Assembly (NCBI GenBank): GCA_963806185.1
Contig: CAWDXE010000003.1
Coordinates: 96,001 to 160,000, forward strand
Source: an uncultured candidate division Zixibacteria bacterium
Lineage (GTDB): Bacteria; Zixibacteria; MSB-5A5; GN15; FEB-12
Reading direction: 5' to 3'
DNA length: 64,000 nucleotides
Both the position numbers and the translations under genes were made by a program. Positions 57,844-64,000 of this stretch are shown here, piece after piece. The number at the start of each line of letters is the position of its first letter. Positions within the stretch are counted from its first letter, which is position 1. Below the pieces are notes generated by a model that searched no databases, was not told the origin of the DNA, and was given only the letters and a program-made list of their open reading frames with translations.

Positions 57844-58450
57844 ATTTCGTCCTCAGGGTGTCGGCGAGGTGAGCGCCGAGTGCCCTTGCTTGCGCCATGA
57901 CGTCGGCATGGTTGTTAACGGTGCCACGATCGAAATCCTCGTGCGCGAAAGTCACCATCCCCTCACTCGCTATCTCGATCCACTTGAAGAAACCGACGAT
58001 GGTCCGACGCGCACCTTCGAACCAGCCGTGCGTGCCCCCAACGAGGATGATCGCTCCCGGCCGCTTGCGCGGAAGCAGCTTGAGAAACGAGTGTTCAGGA
58101 TCAGCGTTCTCAAAATCCGCAGGCCGAAAACAATTGCACCTATCGATAAGCAGCTTTGCCTGCGCAGAAACATTGTCGAAGTAGATTGGCGAGCCGAAGA
58201 GCAGGCAATCGCAGTCGGCGATGCGCTGGTAGATTTTGTCGGCATCGTCGTGGTAGAAGCAGTAATCAGGAGCCGGCGCCTTGCCGCAAGACTGGCAGGG
58301 CATGATGAATAGCGAATTGAGATTGAAGTGAACAACTTCTACCGGCTCAGGGGCCAGCCCGTCGATCAGGCCCTGACGGACGGAGTCAAGCAGAATGTCG
58401 GTCGAAGCGCTCTCGGTGGGTGAGCCCGAGATGGAGAGTACCTTAATCAC
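57830..58450 (-). CDS. Iron-sulfur flavoprotein/NADPH-dependent FMN reductase family
   Basis: GTG start, ISGSP, CQSC...C, GSPIYF..VSAQAK.LIDR. Confidence 0.85.
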   Translation of the reverse strand: MIKVLSISGSPTESASTDILLDSVRQGLIDGLAPEPVEVVHFNLNSLFIMPCQSCGKAPAPDYCFYHDDADKIYQRIADCDCLLFGSPIYFDNVSAQAKLLIDRCNCFRPADFENADPEHSFLKLLPRKRPGAIILVGGTHGWFEGARRTIVGFFKWIEIASEGMVTFAHEDFDRGTVNNHADVMAQARALGAHLADTLRTKYARP

Positions 58451-60329
58451 TTTGCGCGGCCTCCATCCTTTCAACTTCTGCATAAAGGGTAAGGAGCGCT
58501 TCCTCCACCTCGCGTTTGCGTCCTGCCGCTGCGTGGAGGCGCTCCCAATCGTGAGTGGGAATGCCGCCGTTGATGTCATGATCGAGCTGTTCAAGCTCCC
58601 GTTCCATGTCGGAGATTCGGGAGCGCATGGACGTAAGCTCTTTTTTTTGCCGGGTCTTTCGTTTGGATTGCTCCTTGAAATCGTCAAAAGCCTGCTTTTG
58701 TTTTTCCGATTTGCCTTTGCTGACCGGCGCCGGCAATTCCGTTGTCTTTTCGACAAAGTACTTGTAGTTGCCGTTATACATGGTGACACGGCCGTCATGC
58801 ACATACAGAATCTTGTCGACGACCTCATTGAGAAAGTACCGGTCGTGACTGACGATGAGGCAGCATCCTTCGTACTCCCGCAAAGCGATTTCCAGCGCTT
58901 CACGGGCGTAGATATCGAGGTGGTTGGTCGGTTCGTCAAGAATGACAAAATTAGCCGGGTGATAGAGCAGTTTGGCCAGGCAGAGTTTGGTTTTTTCGCC
59001 GCCGGACAAAGTCCCCACCAGTTTGAATGCATCTTCGCCTGAGAATCCGAACCGCCCGAGAAACGATCTCATTGTGTGCGCGTCGGCGACAGGATCGAGT
59101 TCCCAGAGATTGTCCAGCGCCGTGGCCTCCAGATTGAGATCGGAAAGTTCCTGATCGAAATAGGCTACGTCGACATTTGTACCCAGTCGAATAGAACCGT
59201 CAATAGGCTCGAGTTCACCCAGCAAAGATTTGAGCAGAGTCGACTTGCCGGAGCCGTTGCGCCCGATAATGCCGATCTTCTCCCCGCGATATACGTCGAA
59301 GTCGACGTCTTGAAGCACAACGTCAGTGCCGTAGGCAAGAGTAACATCCTCGACAGCCAGTACGTGCATAAACGAGCGGCCGGAGGATTGCAGTTTGATC
59401 GCCGGACCGGAAGCGTCGGCCTTGGGTGGCGGCAGGCGTTTAATGCGATTGAGGTACTTCAGCTTTGACTGCGCCTGTTTGGTTTTCTGGCCGGCCATGT
59501 TGCGACGCACAAACTCCTCGATGCGCTTGATTTCCTCCTGCTGATGCTTGTAGTGGTGCAGGGCGAGGCGTTTGCGGTCGACGCGTTCCTTGATGTAGCG
59601 CTCAAAACCGCCGGTGTACGTGTCAAACTTACCAAAGGCCAGTTCCCAGACCTGATCCGCCGCGGCGGAGAGAAAGGCGCGATCGTGCGATACAATAATG
59701 CAAGCTCGGCCGAGCGACGCCAGGTACTGTTCGAGCCAAGTGGTCGATTCGATGTCGAGGTGATTAGTCGGCTCGTCCAGAAGCAGCAAATTGCCGCGCC
59801 CGGCGAGGATACGGGCAAGACCGGCGCGATTTTTTTCTCCGCCGGAGAAATTGCGCAAGCGGTCGTCGAAGCGAGCCTCTTCGAAGCCCAACCCATGGAG
59901 AATCAGTTTGATTTCGTTTTCGAAATCGAACCCGCCCTCCCGTTCGAAGCGATGGTGCAGCAGGCCGAGTTTGTCGACCGCCGCGGTGTCGTTCGGTGAG
60001 TACGTGAGATAGATTTCAAGTTCGGTGATCTGCCGGTGGAGATCGAGCAGATCACGACGGGCGTCGGCGACAAATTCGTGCAGAGACAGATCGAGGTATT
60101 CGGTCTTTTCCTGTTCGACATAATCGATGTGGCAGGCTTTGGCCTTGTTGATGACGCCGGTATCGGTCTCCTGCTTGCCCGCGAGAATCTCGAGGAGCGT
60201 GGTCTTGCCGATACCGTTCTTGCCCACCAGTGCGATGCGGTCGCCCGGGTTGATCGTGAACGACACCTCGTCCAGGATCACCTGGTCGTTGAACTTCTTC
60301 GATAGTCGTTCGGCGGCCAGGAGACTCAC
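58443..60329 (-). CDS. ABC-F family ATPase
   Basis: Two ABC cassettes (GKNGIGKT, GRNGSGKS; SGGEK; DEPTNHLD twice), linker and C-terminal coiled coil. Confidence 0.95.
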   Translation of the reverse strand: MSLLAAERLSKKFNDQVILDEVSFTINPGDRIALVGKNGIGKTTLLEILAGKQETDTGVINKAKACHIDYVEQEKTEYLDLSLHEFVADARRDLLDLHRQITELEIYLTYSPNDTAAVDKLGLLHHRFEREGGFDFENEIKLILHGLGFEEARFDDRLRNFSGGEKNRAGLARILAGRGNLLLLDEPTNHLDIESTTWLEQYLASLGRACIIVSHDRAFLSAAADQVWELAFGKFDTYTGGFERYIKERVDRKRLALHHYKHQQEEIKRIEEFVRRNMAGQKTKQAQSKLKYLNRIKRLPPPKADASGPAIKLQSSGRSFMHVLAVEDVTLAYGTDVVLQDVDFDVYRGEKIGIIGRNGSGKSTLLKSLLGELEPIDGSIRLGTNVDVAYFDQELSDLNLEATALDNLWELDPVADAHTMRSFLGRFGFSGEDAFKLVGTLSGGEKTKLCLAKLLYHPANFVILDEPTNHLDIYAREALEIALREYEGCCLIVSHDRYFLNEVVDKILYVHDGRVTMYNGNYKYFVEKTTELPAPVSKGKSEKQKQAFDDFKEQSKRKTRQKKELTSMRSRISDMERELEQLDHDINGGIPTHDWERLHAAAGRKREVEEALLTLYAEVERMEAAQSD

Positions 60330-60333
60330 GACC

Positions 60334-62406
60334 TTACTCCACCTCGGCCGGCTGAGTCCGGCCAAGTATCATTTCGGCGATGAGCAGAATGACGGCGATC
60401 CAGAGGAAGATCTGCCATAATTCACGGCCGACTCGGAATCCGGCAATGACGCCGGCCATAGCCTCACCAGTCTTGAGCAGGTTGTATTTCCCGGCGCCGA
60501 GCGACTGCGAGAACTCGTCGATATCCGCGGCCACCAGATCGCACTCTGCCGGAGCGACGTTGACGGCGAAGCGATCGATCTCCTTTCCCTCGTAGCGAAG
60601 TGAGTAAATGCCGCTGGTGGGCGTAGGTGACGCATGGACGACCAGCGCGCCACCCTTTTCTTCGGGAGGAACGCTATAGACGGAGCTGTCGGGAGCGATC
60701 AGGTCAACCGGACCGCTGACTGCCTGCGTGAGGGTAAGAGATCGAGTGGCATTCTCACCCACATATTGGCGAACGTCGAGGCTCGACAGGTCTGCAGCAA
60801 GGTATTCGACCACGCGGGAAATGAAGGGGACAAAGAAGCCCTGGGTGACGAGATCGCTGTAGTCCACTCCCATCGGTCCGGCGAACGTGAGAACCTTCCC
60901 GCGACCGTAGCGCGATTCCACCAGCGCCGGACGGTCACCGGAGAAACGCATGATGATCTGACTGCCGTTCTCGACTCGCAAACGAGGCAAAGAATAGAAC
61001 TTCACGTCGGGCGGTTTGTCCGCCGCAAATTTGAAGACGGCGAAGACGGGATGCTTGAGATCGATCGAACCGATGCTATAATACCCGGCGCGGGTAATCA
61101 CAGGTGGAGCCGCTTCTTCATACGTGACCTTGCTGATTTCGGCCCAATCCCGATTCTGTGTGCTGATATCGGCGCCGGCGCCATAGGTGAGAAAGAGCGA
61201 TCTCCCCCGCTGGACGAACTGCTTCAGGCGCTCGACATACTGGTTGTCCAGTTTGGGCGCACCGGCCAGGATCACCACACTGTAATCGTCGAAATTAATC
61301 CCTGACAATTCGTCCGGCGAGCTTTGCTTCACCGACCAGTACTGACTGAGTTCCTGAGTAGGCGTCAGCGCCAGGCTGATGAATCGTCCGGATTCATCAC
61401 CATTTACAACCAGTACGTTAAACTGATCGGGGATTCGGAAACTGAAATACTGGCGATTGTCGGCGGCAAGTTTGTCGTCGGCCAGTTCGACATACCCTGA
61501 GTGGAAGCCGGTTTGGCTGACGGTGTAGGCAAAGCGGGCCGCGGCCTCCCCATTCGGCGCAATCGATACGCTGGTCTGCGACACACGACGGCCATCGAGA
61601 AAGAGCGACGCCAGCAAGTCACTCTGCTGCTCGTCACCGTAGTTCTTCAGAGTCGCCACCAACTCGAATTCACGACCGGGCTGGAGAAGCTGACCGCCGA
61701 AGTCGAGACTCACGATTCCGACATCGTCGGTTCCTTCCAGGGGAAGATCGACCACAAAGAGTTTGGCATTGCTCTCGGCCAAGGTGGGTCGCTCGGGAAG
61801 GGTGTGGCGTTGGCGATCGCTGACCACATAGATTTCGTGATTGAGGTTGGCGGCGCGGTCGAGGAGTCTGACCGCAGCCTCCAGCGCTGTCTGGGTCTGG
61901 GCGCTGCCGTTGCCCGCCGGAAGAGCGGCCAGTTGTTCCAGAGCGATGGCCGAGGAGGAAAAAGCGAGCGGAGACTGATCGCCGGTGGAATTATCCAATG
62001 CAATCAATGCAACTTCGTCGGATTGGCCGAAAGTATGGAGTAGTTCCTCAGTCCGTCTCTTGGCCAGTTCGAATAAGTTTCCGTCAGCGACCAGCCGGCT
62101 CATCGAGGCGGAATTGTCGAATAAGACAACGGCCGACACCGAGGCATGGGCGCCCACTTGACCTTCGGTACTGGTCGGACGGGCGAAGGCCAGAACGATC
62201 GAGAGAATCAACAGCATGCGCAGGATAAGCAGAAGGAGCTGGCGGATTTTGAGCCGCCGTACCTGTCGCTTCTGCATCGATTTCAGATGGCGTATCGAGG
62301 AGAACTCGACAACTTTGACGCGACGTCGGGAAAACAGGTGAATGATCAGCGGGATGAGCGCCGCAAAGGCGGCGAAGAGAGCGGTCGGCGACAGGAAGGT
62401 GAACAT
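60334..62406 (-). CDS. BatA-domain/vWA membrane protein
   Basis: IPLIIHLF.RRR..FSS, LAFARP, DNSASM MIDAS, VSD, C-terminal ELW..L..AE TM. Confidence 0.88.
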   Translation of the reverse strand: MFTFLSPTALFAAFAALIPLIIHLFSRRRVKVVEFSSIRHLKSMQKRQVRRLKIRQLLLLILRMLLILSIVLAFARPTSTEGQVGAHASVSAVVLFDNSASMSRLVADGNLFELAKRRTEELLHTFGQSDEVALIALDNSTGDQSPLAFSSSAIALEQLAALPAGNGSAQTQTALEAAVRLLDRAANLNHEIYVVSDRQRHTLPERPTLAESNAKLFVVDLPLEGTDDVGIVSLDFGGQLLQPGREFELVATLKNYGDEQQSDLLASLFLDGRRVSQTSVSIAPNGEAAARFAYTVSQTGFHSGYVELADDKLAADNRQYFSFRIPDQFNVLVVNGDESGRFISLALTPTQELSQYWSVKQSSPDELSGINFDDYSVVILAGAPKLDNQYVERLKQFVQRGRSLFLTYGAGADISTQNRDWAEISKVTYEEAAPPVITRAGYYSIGSIDLKHPVFAVFKFAADKPPDVKFYSLPRLRVENGSQIIMRFSGDRPALVESRYGRGKVLTFAGPMGVDYSDLVTQGFFVPFISRVVEYLAADLSSLDVRQYVGENATRSLTLTQAVSGPVDLIAPDSSVYSVPPEEKGGALVVHASPTPTSGIYSLRYEGKEIDRFAVNVAPAECDLVAADIDEFSQSLGAGKYNLLKTGEAMAGVIAGFRVGRELWQIFLWIAVILLIAEMILGRTQPAEVE

Positions 62407-62409
62407 CGC

Positions 62410-64000
62410 TTATTGCGTATACGCCTTTTCGAGGTATTCGCGTGCCTCGCGCTGGTGATAGTCGGCGGAGGCCTGCGCCAGGACCTGACCGTAATAGTCG
62501 CGCGCCAACTTGCGTTCACCACGGATGTCGGCGCATTTGCCAAGCCAGAGCGAGATCATGCCGAGATAGAACGGCCGGGTCTCGATGAACTGCGCAGTTT
62601 GCAGATAGGCATTGGCGCTGGCCGTATCGCCGAGGCCGAGATAGGCAATGCCGGACCACATTTGATCGCTGGGAGCGGGCTGGCCCGGTTTGAGGCGACT
62701 ATTGGCGAGCGCTATAGCGTCGTTGAAATACCCTAGAGCAGCTTTGCGATCGACGGCGATTTTGGATCGCATGAGAATATTTCCGAGCATGACGCGAGAC
62801 TCGACGCCGACCCCCTTATTCACGGCCACGAGCCCTGACAGCAGGGTGCGTGCAGCTTGCTGATCGCCGGTGTAAAAAGAATGGACAGCACGGTTGAACT
62901 GCAGAATCGGGTTGGCCGAGTCTTTGGCCCGGGCACGCTCGAGACTGACCAGAGCGTCAGGGAATTTACCCGCCATCATCTGATAACTTGCCAGACTGAT
63001 CCAATTGTTCGCTGAAGAGTCGCGCGTCAGAAGACGGGCTTGTGACGCCTCGGCGTCGTAGTAATTTCCAGTGACAAAATTCGAGCGAACCAATTGCTCG
63101 AGTGCATACAAGCTGTCGGCGACTGATCGCGAGAGATTGAAATACTCTTTGTTATACTGGAGCATGCCCTGATAGTCGAACATGGCTTCGGCGCGGTCGG
63201 CAAAATACGCCGCCTGTCCGGCGCGGAAGGTGAGCGTGTCGATATAATTAAGCCATTCTTTCTCAATTGTGGCCAGCGGCTTGCCGTAGGTCGATGAGAT
63301 GGCGTCGCCCAGATTGAGATCGTCGGCCCGCTTATATAGCGCGAGGAACTTGTCAATCTTGTATTGATCGAGAAGGTATTTCACGAAAGCCGCAGACGAG
63401 CGGTCGGCACGCCTCGGATCACTGGAATAGTACGCATACGTGTTGAGGATTGAATCGAGCGGCAGTAACTTCTTCTCCAACTTCATTTCCTTCGCATCAA
63501 AGATGCCGAAGGAGAGATAGTTTGCCAGACCCTCCGATAGGACCGGCGGCGCGTACCCCTGATGGCGCAGGATTGCGGCGTGAGCAACTACGAACGGATC
63601 AGCCGAATTGTATTGCTTTGTGTAGAGGACGTAGATGGCGCTTCGCGTGGGGTCGACTACGGCAGCAAAGCGCGAATCCCAGAGCACCGAATAGATGGGA
63701 CAGGGACAAAGATAGACACTGTACTTGCCGGGAAGAGTAAAATTCAAGATCGAGTTGAACCGGTCGTAGGTATCCTCCATCAATCCCTTCACCACTTGGA
63801 CATAAAACTCACCGAAGCTCTGCGGCACGGTGTAGAGATCGAGGTGGGCAGTGGGGAGAGGCGAGAAGCTTTGCCCGCTCACGCCAATGGAGCCGCACGA
63901 TGCGGTGTCGACCGACAGCCGGCGGAGCGGTGTAATGGTCAAGGTATAGCGAGTGTTGTTCTTGCCGCCCAGCCCCGAAATGCGTGCCGGCAGGCCGAAT
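62410..64000 (-). CDS. Peptidase-MA-like domain + TPR protein (5' end outside the window)
   Basis: Frame open to the window edge; P.VLSEGLANY, S.AFVKYL..Y, C-terminal TPR-like helices. Confidence 0.75.
   Translation of the reverse strand, partial: FGLPARISGLGGKNNTRYTLTITPLRRLSVDTASCGSIGVSGQSFSPLPTAHLDLYTVPQSFGEFYVQVVKGLMEDTYDRFNSILNFTLPGKYSVYLCPCPIYSVLWDSRFAAVVDPTRSAIYVLYTKQYNSADPFVVAHAAILRHQGYAPPVLSEGLANYLSFGIFDAKEMKLEKKLLPLDSILNTYAYYSSDPRRADRSSAAFVKYLLDQYKIDKFLALYKRADDLNLGDAISSTYGKPLATIEKEWLNYIDTLTFRAGQAAYFADRAEAMFDYQGMLQYNKEYFNLSRSVADSLYALEQLVRSNFVTGNYYDAEASQARLLTRDSSANNWISLASYQMMAGKFPDALVSLERARAKDSANPILQFNRAVHSFYTGDQQAARTLLSGLVAVNKGVGVESRVMLGNILMRSKIAVDRKAALGYFNDAIALANSRLKPGQPAPSDQMWSGIAYLGLGDTASANAYLQTAQFIETRPFYLGMISLWLGKCADIRGERKLARDYYGQVLAQASADYHQREAREYLEKAYTQ

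Overview
This is a gene-dense, GC-rich bacterial chromosomal window, probably from candidate phylum Zixibacteria (FCB group). That assignment is inferred from the Cys-bracketed double dockerin-like C-terminal domain, PorX, DUF3467 and DUF3276. Most of it is housekeeping: ADP-heptose genes, valS, mazG, a long minus-strand run serS-HK-porX-tsaE-tsaB-rimI-accD-folC-HK-HK-NtrC, rpmB, tgt, radA, mlaEF, dnaB, udg, coaBC, purHCN, gatAB, comM, an ECF-sigma envelope cluster, ABC-F and BatA/vWA. I recognised no rRNA, tRNA, CRISPR array, transposase or integrase. Five conserved genes (folC, dnaB, udg, coaBC, gatB twice) carry single-base frame breaks, which suggests long-read indel errors, although the coaBC break also resembles a programmed -1 frameshift. 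The most interesting signals are: (1) a heme-bearing beta-barrel + lipoprotein cytochrome c + YceI cluster; (2) a two-kinase/NtrC cascade followed by a sigma-54 promoter that drives a catalytically dead GGDEF protein retaining its RxxD I-site; (3) a structured leader with a perfect-SD two-codon uORF before a major outer-membrane protein; (4) an accessory patch at 23-29 kb with duplicated terminators, a palindromic-repeat mosaic and a cohesin-like/double-dockerin protein.
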